The position numbers and the translations under genes were made by a program. The notes under the pieces are model-generated. The model was not told the DNA's origin, did no database searches, and saw nothing but the letters and a program-made list of their open reading frames with translations. A DNA stretch of 64,000 nucleotides from positions 62,001-126,000 of the forward strand of contig CM022677.1 of assembly GCA_012295275.1 (NCBI GenBank). The letters are read 5' to 3'. This DNA comes from Chrysomallon squamiferum (Eukaryota > Animalia > Mollusca). Position 1 is the first letter of the stretch; each line of letters starts with the position of its first letter. Positions 14,095-29,676 of this stretch are shown piece after piece.

Positions 14095-16781
14095 GTGTGC
14101 GTAAAATTAGTATTTTGTGTCAGTATAATTAAACTGATTTCCCGATATTAATTATTATGTGAAATATGGTGATAATACGTAGCTCACTCGCATATATCTA
14201 TTGCTTTGTCATTAATTTTATTTATTTTAACACATGTTGCCGTTACTTTCTGTTTTAGTGACAAAGGCATTACGTTTTCTTTCTTCCGTTTTCTTCTTTT
14301 ATTTTCTTTATATATATACACACACATACACACACAAACGCACACACACATTCACACACATATATATATCCCCCCCCCCCGGAAAGAAAAGGTCGAAATG
14401 AGAAAGTTAAATCTCCGACGTTTGTTCGGCGTTAAATTTGAACAGCATTTAGGGACAAATATTAAAATAAAATAAAATAAAACAAAAGAAATAAATAAAG
14501 AAAGAAATAAAGAGACTTCTTGAACATGGCGACTATAAGGAGACAAAGGTAAGATTTCGTTTCACTGATGAAGACAGGCATTTTTTTCTCATATTCTCTT
14601 ATTTATTTTCTTTTTTATGCCCCCCACCATTTATATAGCTTTTCAAGTTTCCATTCACCGCATAAACTAATTTGAAATTTGTTTGTTTGCACATGTGAGC
14701 AATAAAAATGTTAGAAGTGTTTTATAATGATATATTTATTCAGGAGTACTATAAAACACACACTCCACACACACAGCTGATGAAAATATGATCTTTTTTA
14801 TTGAATAAAGAAATAAAATGCATTTCACTTAAATAAATACAGCCAAAACATGCACTAAATTAGTAATGTTTCGTCATAGTTTATGTCGGTATTAAACTAA
14901 CTTTCCGATCTATCGTTAGAATATAAATGTAATGAAATTTATTTCCAGATCGAATAATCGACTATATCTGTAAATACTGATATTTCTGAATGTAATTTAT
15001 GTACTGCTACTTATCTCGCTATCTAACAAATTATAATACAAACTAAAATTATTTACTGATAGCTCAGTCCATGTAAATACTAAACTACAAATAATAAAAT
15101 TTAGACAGAGAAGCTTTTCATCTAAGAAAATAAAGAAAGAGACCAACTTTTATTTTTGGATATACGTGTGTGTGTGAGAGAGAAAGACAATGTACAAAAC
15201 GCTTTTATTTTAAGTCATAGAGAGAGTATTAGTATTATTAATTAATTAATTAATTAATTAATTAATCTAAAATAAAGATGTTTTAAGGCACACATACAAA
15301 CACACACACACACACACTGGAAAAATAAATCCTATCTGAAATTGAACGACGAACTGGATGATACTGGATCTGGTTAAGACAAAAGAAAAACAAAAGCAGA
15401 ACAAAACAAACACGTAAGAGAACCATTGGATATAAAAAGAGATGGATATTTAGTCACGTATACACACTGACAAGGCAATTTTCATATCCTGCATGTTCAG
15501 TTTAACAGTTTGCATTCTCTTCGTTTACCGACTGAAACATACTTGACCCTGTTTTTGAATAATGACAGTCATAAGTGTTTCACAAAATTAATTCATGTAT
15601 AGACCAAATGAGTAGCAAAGTAATAAAAAAAATAGTTTCCATAATTTATCACAAGCGTTAATTATAAATAAATAAATTAGTTAATCAATGAATTAATAAG
15701 CAAATAAACATTAATAAGTAAATTATAAATATAATGGAGTAAAATAAAAGTAATTAACAGATCTATTACTATTATTTGTAGTATACTTTTGGTAATAATG
15801 GTTGTAATAGCATTAGTATTAGTATTAATATTAGTGGTAGTAGACTTATTATTTATATTAGTATTAATATTAGTAGTAATAGTAGTATTAGTAGTAGAAG
15901 TAGTTGTTGCTGTACAAGGTTTTTATCTTTTAAAAAATAATAATTTCGCAAGATAAAATAAAAACATATGTTAGTAGATGATGTTTATTCAGTTCTGGAA
16001 AAGCCATTATATTTGTGATTATTATGAAACATATATTCTGAATGTCATTACATTAAAAGAAATAACATTTAATGATAAAATGACATGAAATACACAACAG
16101 TAGCGCGCGAATCTAGGATATAACACGGGTACGGACCTGATACTGATAACAAATATTTCTCTCTCCTGGCGGAGCAACAATCAGCTGATCACGTGATTCA
16201 GAGAGGTCGTGCCACTGACACAGATAAAATACTTCGTAGACAAGTAAATTCAAACTGATTATCGTGATGGTTTAATATTAGCCTTTTCCACTAAATAAAT
16301 AGCACATGTTTCAGGAAAACAGAATGATTATGTTACTATTAGTGTTATGTTAGATTAGATATTTTTAAACGAAATAAACTCTTAGTGATGACGGTATCAA
16401 AAGTGAGAAAAGTTTCTTATCCCGCTGTCAGACACTTATCAAAGAGCAAGGTCAAAGTTTAAAACTCCTCTCCAGTGACCTGTTTGTTCATCAAACGTAA
16501 TCACCAGGTTGTTTAAATAACCACTTGTCGCTGGTCCTTCCTCAGAACTCGAGTTTTCCTTGTTGTCTTATGTACAACTTTCCTGCTCTCAACAAAGAGC
16601 GAGCTAAGCCAGTCCACGCTGAGAAATTCAAAAACTTTGTTTCATACAAAAAATTCTCCCATAGATAATTATCTTAAATCTAAAATTTAAAAGTCGCGTA
16701 TTTTACGTGAGAGGGTGTTATGAATGGTTAAAGAGCAAATTAGTTATTTACATATATTGGCAGTTTATTTATTTACTATAG

Positions 16782-16817
<36 letters not shown>

Positions 16818-17102
16818 CACCATATTATCTACATATTTAATTACTGTTGGATATTGTGTGTGTGATCGTGTGTGTTCATATTCAACACATTTTCTTGATG
16901 TTTAAAAGGACAATTATAAAGTTTTACAGTGTTTGCTTAGATTTGAAAAGATATAGCGTTTATATACATTTCTATATGCACCTAAAGCAATCAGCTTAAT
17001 AGTCGATATACCTGACACCGATTTTATTATCACGGGGTAAAACTCAATACACTAAAGCTGATAAAATCAACAAAGCAAACACTATTATTATTATTATTAT
17101 TA

Positions 17103-17170
<68 letters not shown>

Positions 17171-17868
17171 CGTCAACATCATAATGCATACGCAGACACA
17201 ACATACATACACACAGACTTACATAGAAAGATAAACACACATAGATACACATACAGACAGCTACAGACTCACAGACACAAACATACACACACAAACGCCT
17301 TCTGTTATTACACTACAGAGAATAATAGTTTAACTTATTATTGTTTCTTCTTTTCTTAAAGACATTTTCTTATCTCTATGGCTTATACTAGAAGAAGTCT
17401 GAAAAAGTCTGAATGTCTAACATTACAATTTCTCTGTCACAACGAATGTTCTAACAATACAGCGACGTCTTAATAATTTAATAAGGGTACAGACTTGATA
17501 GTCATAACAAATATTTCTCTAACAATCCGCTGACCGCGTGACTAACACAGATACAATACATCTATACCCTGTAGTACCTTGAATGCCAACAAAGATTAAA
17601 GAAGATTTATTTTAAGAAGTTTGAAACATTTGTTAACTGTCATCCGTTTGTGTGTATTAACTTGTTATTAAAAAATGAGTGAGCGAAACGAAATCTACTA
17701 ATCTGTTTTGTCAAGACTAAAGTTCACTGCGTTGTCTCAGCTTTAAACAAATTTACTTTAGTGCAAAGTCAACTTTATACACACAGAAACAGAGACTGAC
17801 ATGACACTGATTTTGTTAACACGATGTAAAACTCAATACACAGAAACCGATAACACCAACAAAGCAAA

Positions 17869-17937
<69 letters not shown>

Positions 17938-17975
17938 GCAGTTATGAAAATAATAATAATAGCAATAATAATAAC

Positions 17976-18023
<48 letters not shown>

Positions 18024-18320
18024 AATAAATAAATAAATAAACTAAATTAAACTGACCATTTCTGAGTATTGCTCTGTGTAACTGTTAAATCTCAGTAGTG
18101 TAACTTCGGCTTCAGTGAAACCGCCATTTGTGTGACGTAATACTTCTTTACCAATTTAGAATTAGAATTGTAAACTAGAAGACGACGTTTGTATTTCTTT
18201 ATTTTTATTTCTTTTGTTCCGGTCAAACTGCTGCATTTGTGATAATTATCATACTATTATCCTGAGATGAACGTACTTTACAGAAAATGTGTGTGTGTGT
18301 GTGTGCGCGCGTGTGTGCCT

Positions 18321-18445
<125 letters not shown>

Positions 18446-18609
18446 GTCTGTCTGAAAATAGCGTCAGGAAAAGAGTACCAGTTTTCTAGTCTTTCCGGAT
18501 TTCAGGACGCCGGATAATTGGTCTGGTACCCGTACTAGGTACTGAGGAAACACCTGCTTTAATGGTTTAATGTAAAATAAAATTCATATAATTATTATTA
18601 TTATCATGC

Positions 18610-18670
<61 letters not shown>

Positions 18671-19678
18671 TCTTTATGATCAAATCTTTGATTGTTTAGT
18701 ATTGTAAATATCCTGTATTTCATCTATTTAAATAGATAACTGGATTCTATACTGAATGTTGGAATATTTCTACGACCTGTGTTTGAAATTTCTGTCATCT
18801 CTGTTCAGCTTGTTATTGAAACACGTGTTACTGATAACATTCCTACTAATCTGTGTTGTCAAGACTAATGTTTCCTTAGTTCTCTTAAATGTATTACTAG
18901 AGATAAAGATTACTTTAGTACAAAGTCAACTTAATACGAGAGAAAAAGACGTTTAATAATATTAAACAAATAAAAAGTAAACAAATAAACAAATAAATGA
19001 AAAAGATACAAATAAATAAATAAGCATATTAATAACTACAAACAAATAAAAAGATAATAAACAAAGAAACAAATAATTAAATAATCAAGTAAGTAAATAG
19101 ATCAGTAAACAAACACTGAGATCAGAGATCTACAAATAAATAAATAAATAACAACAACAGTAATAAAAGCAGGAGTAGTAGTTGTGGCAGAAGAAGAAAA
19201 ATAGTAATATTAATTTTATTGTAAATAAAAAGTAACATCAGTGCGAAAAATAATAAAAGTACTGAAACACTGAGATATTCAGGTTTCCACAGGTGTCAAT
19301 CACTTGGGAACTTCAACCAATCAAAGCGCGCTATTTCCACACACCCATATTGCCTCCTTCTTTCCTTCACTGCGGTGAGAGAACAGTCAGTCGCTATAAC
19401 TTAAGTAATACAGTCGCTTACAACAACAACAACAACACACACACACAGACACACACACACAGACACACACACACAGACACACACACACAGATGCACACAC
19501 ACAGCCGGATCGTTAAATGAAAAACAGAAAACGAAATAAACCATAAAATGTAAATATTGAAACAAATACGGAAATTAATCAGTGATAAATGAAAAACAAA
19601 ATAAATATCGTCACCATCATTATCACATTAAAAGTAGTAATAGGAGTAGTAGTAGCAGTAGTAGTTGTACTTGTAGTA

Positions 19679-19712
<34 letters not shown>

Positions 19713-20679
19713 TAATTAAGGAAAGAATGAAACAAAATTAAATTAAATAACAGGATAAACAATTTGAAAAAAGAATGAAAAATCATAATCTGAAGAAAAA
19801 AGAAAGAAAGAAGGGAAGTGTGTGTTTGGCTGCTATGACAGCTGGTTTATCAATCAATCTAAGTCTGGCCTGCACCATTCAAACGCAAAATAAAATCGAG
19901 TTCGCAGTACTCACCACTGATGTATGTGAATAGAGGTATTTCACATCACACTGCGCATGTGCTGGTTGCTGGGTAATTCGGAAACGTGTGATTGTAATCG
20001 CTTCACATAGAAATGAAAAAGATTTTAATGTTACGGCAAACACAAGGGTTTGCTCGGTAAATTTCCTATGTGGGAAGTCAGTGAACGACAAGAAACATGT
20101 GGATTATATGTCCACCTTGAATATGGGAAGGGAACAATAGTTTCAGTTATGTTCTTAATTATTCAGTCTACCGCAGCTGAGTTGAGGTGTTTGTTGCTTG
20201 GAGTCACAAATACTTAGAAGGGCTTGTACAAGTATGTAGGTGTTTGTGTGAGTGTATGAGTAACGGTACAATCTTCAATATAACAGTTGTCTGTTACTCC
20301 AAAATAAATGGTTTATTTATAGAGGTTTTTTTAACAATAAAGTATGTATGCTTGTGTGTGTTTGTACTAATTACACCTCAGAGGTCTCGCTACATACTGT
20401 AACAGATGGTGGGCCCGCCATCACTTACAGCTTAGTACGAATTCGCCCGCCATTTGTCGACAACAGCAGCAATGTCCGCCCCCCGTTTATGTAGACTGGT
20501 TGTCATGGCACTGTTCAGCAGTTCACGTGTCTTGTCACTAAACAAAATGGATGTAATCCGAAGCTGCGACTGTCATATTTACAAAGTTCACCCTTCGACG
20601 GGTCGCAATCAGATTCCTCTCAAATTTGCTGCTCCTCCCGATGCTACCGCACGACTATATTATTGAGTATGAAGTTCAA

Positions 20680-20853
20680 GGTAAACGGACAATTCCCCAC
20701 ACAGACAATTCCCCACACAGACAATTCCCCACACAGACTATCCCCACACAGATACGATCCCAACATGAACAGAACAATTTTTTCAAAAAATTCCCCAAAG
20801 GTCAAAACGGACAATTCCCCACACAGACAATTCCCCACACAGACAAATCCCCA
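20680..20853. repeat. 16-bp subterminal repeats (AATTCCCCACACAGAC) in two blocks
   Basis: About 4 copies from 20691 and about 3 from 20813. Each block is preceded by a GGT..AAACGGAC head. Confidence 0.85.
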
Positions 20854-21000
20854 CTCCTCACAGTAGTAGTGACATATACGATACAACACTTAGAACAGAA
20901 TTAGACTATTTTATTCAGTTTTAAATCTTACACAAAGGTCAATACCCTTTAAAAAATATCTGAGACAGTCTCGCTGTTGTGACGCCTGTCACTTTGTGCA

Positions 21001-21376
21001 GCTTTGACTGAGGTTTGTGGCTGTGGCGTCTCACACGCTTTGACTGAGGTTTGTGGGTGTGGCGTCTCACACGCTTTGACTGAGGTTTTGGTGGGTGTGG
21101 CGAGGTTTGTGGGTGTGGCGTCTGACTGAGGTTTGTGGGTGTGGCGTCTCACACGCTTTGAATGAGGTTTGTGGGTGTGGCGTCTCACACGCTTTGACTG
21201 AGGTTTGTGGGTGTGGCGTCTCACACGCTTTGACTGAGGTTTGGGGGTGTGGCGTCTTACACGGTTTGACTGAGGTTTATGGGTGTGGCGTCTCACACGC
21301 TTTGACTGACGTTTGTGGGTGTGGCGTCTGACACGCTTTGACTGAGGTTTGTGGGTGTGGCGTCTGACACGCTTTG
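21001..21376. repeat. 36-bp minisatellite, ~10 copies (HKPQSKRVRRHT on - strand)
   Basis: gctttgactgaggtttgtgggtgtggcgtctcacac recurs at 21001, 21037, 21073, 21155, 21191 and on to 21371. Confidence 0.92.
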
Positions 21377-21709
21377 CTTGTGGCTCACCACGCAGGTCAC
21401 GTAGTAAGGCAGCAGCAACCTGGACCTGATCTTTCCGTGTGCTATCAATGTCTCTCCAGATGGTAGGGTGTGCATGTCCAACTAGCTTTGCAAAGGCGCT
21501 GTTCCATCCCTCGCATGTGTTGTTGGTTCTTGATTCCCCTTCAGGAGTAATGGAAGTGACATTCCATATCGGTGGTTGACTCATTGGAGCACACGACGCA
21601 TCCTAAGTGGAGGGATGGATCCATCTGGAAGTTCTGGAGGCTGAATACGACGGAAGGGTCCGGACACATAGGTGATGTGAAGGTAGTCAAGGAAGTCAAG
21701 GACAGGTTC

Positions 21710-22337
21710 GAGTCCTTCTGGTATGTGCTCCTCTAGATATGTCAGACTGTCTGGAACATCATCCACTAGTAAGAAGGCGAGTCCTTCTGGTGTGCGCTCC
21801 TGTAGATATGTCAGACTGTCTGGAACATCATCCACTAGTAAGAAGGCGAGTCCTTCTGGTGTGTGCTCCTGTAGATATGTCAGACTGTCTGGAACATCAT
21901 CCACTAGTAAGAAGGCGAGTCCTTCTGGTATGTGCTCCTGTAGATATGTCAGACTGTCTGGAACATCATCCACTAGTAAGAAGGCGAGTCCTTCTGGTAT
22001 GTGCTCCTGTAGATATGTCAGACTGTCTGGAACATCATCCACTAGTAAGAAGGCGAGTCCTTCTGGTGTGCGCTCCTGTAGATATGTCAGACTGTCTGGA
22101 ACATCATCCACTAGTAAGAAGGCGAGTCCTTCTGGTATGTGCTCCTGTAGATATGTCAGACCGACAGGAACATCATCCACTAGTAAGAAGGCGAGTCCTT
22201 CTGGTATGTGCTCCTGTAGATATGTCAGACCCATAGGAATATCATCTACTAGTAAGAAGGCGAGTCCTTCTGGTATGTGCTGCTGTAGATATGTCAGACC
22301 CTCAGGAACATCATCCACTAGTAAGAAGGCGAGTCCC
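21710..22337. repeat. 69-bp minisatellite, 9 full copies (23-aa IPEGLAFLLVDDVPDSLTYLQEH)
   Basis: The gagtcc unit start recurs at 21710, 21779, 21848 and on to 22331 with an exact 69-bp period. Confidence 0.95.
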
Positions 22338-23542
22338 TCTAGCAGGCCACAGAAGAGTTTCACGTCCTGCTCTTCTCTATGTCGCTGTACAAGACCAAGA
22401 GTCTGGATCTTCCTCCATGCGACCTGTGTTAGGTGATAGAAGCAGTCATGTACAAAAAACAAACAAAATATAAAACATAAAACCAAACAAAATAAACCTA
22501 TTATTATGTGGGTGGTCTTGTTTTGTTATTACCATTTTAATGATTATAATTATTATTACCGCTGTCATTGTTGTCGTCGCTACTGTTAATGTGCTGTTTT
22601 TATTTGTTTGTTTTTTATAGTGGATGGCTTTTATCTCATGTCACTATGGTTATTATAAACATTGTCATTATCACTGTTGTCATGAAGCCCAGTAGACAAG
22701 CGGTATAAGTTTCGAGTGCTAGCGACTCTATTAAAATATGACTTGTTTCCTGTCTAGGGATTGCGCCTTCTGTAGACCCGCTGACCGTGTAATTAAAAAA
22801 ATGTGACTGTTGATTATAATAGATAATATTTGCATATACTACAGATATAAACTATATATAATATCAACTATCCACTATGAACATCAAAACAAAACACAAC
22901 ATTTAAATTAGTAAGAAAATTAAATAATGCGAGTATTATAATATTATAATTTCTATTTCTTTAATTTTCACGAACAGGTTATGTTATAAATATATATAAC
23001 TCAAGCTCTCTTACACACGTAAACGTTTCGTTTTAATTTTGAAATAAATTAGCGAAAAAATATTTTAAAAATATCATTTTAGAAATAAATACGGAAATAA
23101 AATAGTGACTAAACAGAATTTTTATTATTATTATTATTATTATTTATTTGCTAAATTGAAAAAAATAAATAAATAAAGGGGAGAACTATATTAATCATCA
23201 TCATCATCATGATCACAGTATAAAGGACAACAAAAATAACAAAAACAACAACAATAAACAAATAAATAAATAAATAAATAAATAAACGAAACTACAAGGC
23301 AGCTTATGTTTCGCTGCCATGACAACTCGTTTATCGATCGACTTAAGGTCGTGTCGCAGAGCTCAAACAAAATTAATAAACTAGGTCACCCCCCACCCCA
23401 TACCATCCCATCCAGTTCTCAGTACTCACTGCTGATGTGAATTTCACCTTAAACACTGAACAAACAACTGACGCTTTAGAATTCTTTCCGAAAACATTTA
23501 TTACAACAAATTCAACAACAAAACAGACACGAACAAATTGAA

Positions 23543-23588
<46 letters not shown>

Positions 23589-23936
23589 TAAAATTAAATA
23601 ATATTAAATAAAAATAAAATAATAAATATAAATAAATAAATAAATAATAATAGCAACAACAACATCATAACAACAACACTAATAATAGTAACAATGAGAA
23701 AAACAATAATAAGAAGTAAAACTAGATAGACTACTTATATGTAACAGTTGCAGCAGTAGTAGTAATTAATTAATTTATACGTAACTACATTTTCCAGTAC
23801 ACGAGAAGTAAAACAGCTGGCTAGATACTGCTCATTTCCTGTCACCAACAAATAGTTTTCAGGAAACGTCAAACTTTTAGAACAGTAAATAAATAAATAA
23901 GTAAATAATCTATATACAGGTTTTCATATTAAATTA

Positions 23937-23994
<58 letters not shown>

Positions 23995-26490
23995 TCTCTT
24001 TATTTTTCTTGTTATTGTTTAGATTACTACATGCTAGAGCAGGGGCTGATAGACGTTTTACAGCACGACAAAATATTGTATAGGCTCAGCTTAAGTTTAA
24101 GTGAAAACAATGATTTCTTCTAATATTGTCTTTATGTATCAAACTTTCTTAAAACATCTTAAAGAAAAGTAATGAAACAACCATTTTTATCTATTTTTTA
24201 TATCCAACACTCAAGCCATAATCTATATTTAATACTTAATAAATAGGCTTAACTTTGCCAAAATCTTCTTTTGATTAAAATCTTTGTTTAGTATTTAGTG
24301 CTTTCTTTGGTATCCGAAAAGTCTTATTAATTTTCAAAGATTCACATCTGATTTATTTAAGTGTTCTCCATATTGTCTTTTCTTTTTTCCAGTTTTGTTG
24401 ATAATATTGGAATCTTCATCCTGAGTAATGGCTAACTGTCGCTTGTGATCCAGCAACATACCCACTTCCTTGTTTATAACTGTTTACTCTGATTTATATG
24501 TTGTTAGCACACAAACCAATACCATTCAATAATGCAAAAACAACAAAAAAAGTACTAAATTTGAACTAACCGCCATTTCCCGCTTGAAACTTTACTAGCT
24601 GCTGTTAAGTTATTTTGAGTGCCACTATACGATCACTGCAACCCTCCGTCAACACACTTTTCATCAAAGTAACATACATTTTACATCTGCACCCATTACC
24701 ATCCTTACATAACAAACGTCACGCAACCTAGCCTACATTTTCCTACTGTACTTTTTTCTTTACTTATACCGTTTTTATTTTTTTATTTTTGTGTACTGTT
24801 CTTACATTATTATATCACTGTATTATGTAGCTGTTGTTCGTACTAACATTTTACTATTTCGGTACATTTTAACGTTTATATTTACATTCGCGACTTCCCA
24901 GGTTTTTACTTTTTGCCCGGAAAGCTGCTCGCAACAATTAGTCCATGAAATCGAGGGTCGATAGTAGTATAGTTATAACTGTTCTGCATTGTTATTTATT
25001 TTAAAACGACGAACAGCTCTTCTTACGAAACAAAAAACAACGGCTGTTAATTTATATTCACTTTTCAATAGACTGAACATAATGAGCCACCTTATCTGTG
25101 ATGTATTAATCGTATATCACTAGTTAGGTGAAGATTTATTAACAGTTATCGCTGACGTATTAAACAGCGTTCTAACCCCAGAACTAAACCCGATGCATCC
25201 GTTCATTGACCCCAGAACGATACACTAAACAGCGCCTTTGTTTACAGCAGAAGATCGAGCATATATTATGATAATGATATCGACTGACGTCACAACAAGG
25301 GCGAGTAACTCTCTTTGGTTCTCTTACTGAAATACATTGAAGCGACGTTGTTGGAAACATCGCTCTAGAAATACATCGGTAACAACATTAGTAAAGATTA
25401 TTATTTCTCGTTCTAGCTAAAGGTTCAAATCAGATTCTGATGTTTCTGCCTTCGTATGTTTGAGAAAAAACGCGTAAAAGATGTTTATAACAAACTGCTA
25501 TTGGAATGTATAAAAATGTATGTGTGTGTGTGTTTGTTTGGGCGTTGTTATTGTGTGTATTTACATCGTTGGCATTTGCTTTTTTTTTATTATTATATAC
25601 TTTTTTATTTCATTAATGCTATTTTTTTTTTGGAAATGGATCATCTACTTCCAGAAACCAGACGTGAAAAAACACATGAGCAGTTGTAACAAGATTCTTG
25701 ACATTTGCCATTAAATGCCTTCACAAACACTGACAACAGAACAGCTGTTACTTTTATTATTCAGTAACTGAACACATTTCTAACCCTAAACCTACATTAC
25801 AGGCACTGTCACTTCACGAATACATCAATTTGTAACCTTTTCTCAAATCACTAAAACTTAATATTTTTTTTCATTTAGTCGCACAACAAAAATAAACCAG
25901 GCATGAAAAGAAACATTTAAAAAATTGACTATAAATAGAAAGGTTAAAAGATTATATATTCATTAAAAAAAATTCCAGTTTGGTCAGGTGACGGTTTTAA
26001 ATTAAACACCCTCCCCCCCACGAACCCGCCTCCTCAGTATAACAAATGTTTTGACGTTTTTAATTAACGGTGTCTTTTGCATTATTTTCTATGAATACCA
26101 CATAGGAATCTTGACTAACGTGTAGAGAAGAGAAATTCGATGATAAACAATGTTCATTGTAACATAATCATAGTGCTAGAAACTGAATCCTTTTGTTAAG
26201 GTCAAAATAATTGTAAGCATTTTTTTTTTTCCTCAGGTCAGCGACCTTCTCAGACTATGGCCTTCATTTTTAGTTAGTCATTAACAAGAACATTTATATA
26301 TATATATATATATATACATACAAATATTATACAGCTAATTTGCTTTTAAATCTGGGCCTTCGTACTCTTTGTATATATAACCTGTTGTGTTTTATCTTTT
26401 GTATCCTTTTTTGAAAGAACGCATTTAAGTAAAATATGTAAAGATTTATAATAAAATCTTGTTAAATTCAGTTATCTTTATTCGTCTTTC

Positions 26491-26576
<86 letters not shown>

Positions 26577-27222
26577 ATATATAATATTTTTTTTTTACTC
26601 CTGTTCAGTAAGATTATTTTTAGTAATTATTAATCAAATACAAGGCAAACATTCTGCATAAATTAAGGTGATTAGACTTATATATATATATATGAGAAAG
26701 GAAATAAAAATAATAAAAATAATAAAGTAATAATAAAATAAGATCATTTAAAAAAAAAAAAAAAAAAATTAACTACTGGATTTATTGTAACAAACATCTG
26801 CGGGGAAAAAAAAAAATAAAAGTAAAAATAAAAATAAAATGGCGCGCGTTCTGTTTCACTGAAACAACACTGAACGTCGTATTGTTATTATTTACTCCTA
26901 CTGAACGAACCGCGTTCTCTGAGTGTGGAAATAAATGCTGACATGTAATATCTCTGTTTACCTCGCTTTAGCCCGCCTGAACCGAGAGCAATGTAAACAT
27001 GGACGACATCCTATCGTATTTCACGTCACAGGCTATAGTCACGTGATGTTTGACATTACTTTCTTTTACGGCGTGAAAACAGATACTTTTTTGTTCATTT
27101 GTTTCAAAGTAGACTGTCTCGTTTATTAGTGAGTAAAGTACGTAAAAGCCTCAAAGTACGATACGTTTATTCACTTCACATATAAACAAGAAAACTAGGT
27201 TAGAGAAGGTTATTCTCATTAA

Positions 27223-27287
<65 letters not shown>

Positions 27288-29676
27288 TTCTGTCGAGTTC
27301 ACACACGAAAATATTTCAGATGATAATAAACAATGAGATTATTTTCAGTGTTCTTATCTCATCTACAGCCAAACTTTGTGGTTTAAATACACTTCTGATA
27401 CAGTATGATAAAAAAAAAAAAAAAAAAAAAAATGAAATATATATTAAAAAAATATAATTGAAAAAAAAATACTTCATTTGTTTGAAATACGTGTAGCCAT
27501 ATTGCTTTCTAAACTGGTTTATATGTATTCATTTTGTCAAATACAAATCGTTACTATTCTAAAACTGTAAAAAGTATTAATTATCAGCTCATCAACATAA
27601 TTCTGTTCTGTTACACACAACCAACAGACATCTGTAATGTGAATAAACAGATGGACAGACAGATACACATATAAACACTTAAATACATACAATACATATA
27701 CACATATACCTATATACATACATATACAAACACATGTATGTGTGTGTGCGTGTGTAAAGAAAAATGATTAAAACAGTGTGTAAGATCCAGAATATAATAT
27801 ATTCTTCTAAGCTTGCTGTTTTTATATTTAGTCAAAGGAAGGTCACGTGATTCTGAATAATAACTGTTGAAGATAAACAAAAGATGACGATGATAATAAG
27901 AATAACAAAACAACAAATTTATAACACACACATACACACACATAAACAAATATTCGAAATGAAAGAGTGAAAGATTAACGATGTGTAAAGAAACATAATA
28001 AATAAATAAATAACACATGAAAGAAAAAATATGTATGTGTACAGGATAATGTAAAAATAGAATAATCCAGATAAATTATTACGATAAATTTATAAAAATT
28101 AATTTAAAAAAAAAAAAATAAAATAAATAATAACAAAAAATGTATGTATGGAAAATGTATTCGTCATCGTTATTGTCAACATCATAATTTGTTAATTAAT
28201 TTATTATTGTTGTTGTTGTTGTTGTTGTTATATTTGTTGATTTTTAAAAAGCTTTAGTTTAGATGTGATGCTAATTAATGAGATAATTCAGATGCTTATC
28301 ACGATTTTCTATATAATAATAATAATCATAACAAAGAAGACAGAATACTGACTTAGCGAATGACACAGCGAAAATATGATCTGTCAGTTTTTACAAAACG
28401 CGCCGATTATGTTTTTGTAAACAGAATAGTCAATCATAATTCTTTTATTCTTCTATTGTCGGATCGTGACATCGCTTCTTTTTTATTTCTTTTTCTACTT
28501 TTTTTTTTTTTTTTTTTTTTTTTAACAATGAGCCACATAGTCATTTGAAATAGCAGTTCAATAGAAAATTCAGGATTCTGTAACAAATATAGAACAATGT
28601 CACGTTTTCTTTTTTACTGAATAAGAAATTAGAGACTGTTACTATAGAAAACAATGACGTCACTGCTGACTGAATGGAAATGAAACGTCACTATTTGTGT
28701 TTTGCACGGGTAGCTAGCACAACGAGATAGCGTTACACGCTGTGACGTAACTGGTATATTTATCATGTATTATGAGTAATAGGTGTAACTGTAGACATTA
28801 GTCACCAAACATTACAGTATTCACATGTCTTTATATTATTCTGATTTCAAAACAAAAATAAATAAATAAATATGATAAATAAGTTTCTTTTATATTTACA
28901 TACAACCTAAATATATTTTTCCCACCTAATTAATGAACACTAATTACAGTAAGTAAGATTTTTTTATTAATAAATTAATTAACGTTTATATTTGTATTTC
29001 TGTGCGTTTCCTCATATCTTGTTATTATTGTACAGTATTACTTTTTTTATTTGTTATAACTAGCTGTAGCGAGCGCGTAATAAAATACTGACACAGAATA
29101 TTACATGTTACCCTTTCCAACTAGTACTCGGTTTTTATCTAGCGATAAAAAAAAATAAAGAGAGAGAAGAACAACAACAACAATAATATAAAATCACATA
29201 TAAAGGAATATTATGTCATTATTTTGTCACGTTTAAAATATAAACACACAGATGCACACACACGAACACACACAGATTGTCATTAATAATAATATAGGTA
29301 AAATTCACACATTGCCTGTATTCCAAGTGTTAACAACAAGCTCTATTAAATTCACAAAAATTGAAAAGATTTCAAACATCAGTTATGTGAAAATTATCTG
29401 ATGAGCCACTGACAAGCTTTGATCCAGCAGTCGTCCGCATGTTACAGTTTTGAAACGGTTAAGCTTGTAATTAGTAATAACAGAAAATAAATATATAAAT
29501 AACTGCTTTTGTAGTATTATTATCTTCAGTTCTTACTCTTGTTGTTGTTATTTATTTATTCAAAGTTATTTTTGTTTTCATTACTGGGATAATGTTTATT
29601 CAAAATTCGTGAAGAAAAAAAAAACATCTTGTTCAGGCACGACACCCAGCTGGCTGAACGATCGTTTAGTTTTCTT

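Larger units (their letters stand above)
20680..22450 (-). mobile_element. Mutator-like (MULE) DNA transposon, 3' part with frameshifted transposase
   Basis: CFYHLTQVAWRKIQTLGL (CxxH motif), FLDYLHITYV, WNV, RTNNTCEGWNSAF (catalytic E) and HPTIW. Frameshift at ~21581. Terminus-like GGTAAACGGACAATTCCCC at 20680. Confidence 0.88.

Noticed and set aside
21710-22337. CRISPR interpretation of the 69-bp array (also the 68-bp and 77-bp arrays)
   Set aside because: Units are contiguous and near-identical with no unique spacers, no cas genes are present, and the context is eukaryotic.
21095-22473. Plus-strand ORFs over the MULE repeats (e.g. 237 aa and 165 aa)
   Set aside because: They are antisense shadows of codon-multiple repeats; the - strand carries the transposase motifs.
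24100-24600. Coding-like minus-strand stretch after an AAATGGCG motif
   Set aside because: Multiple stops and no motif I could recognise; left unannotated.
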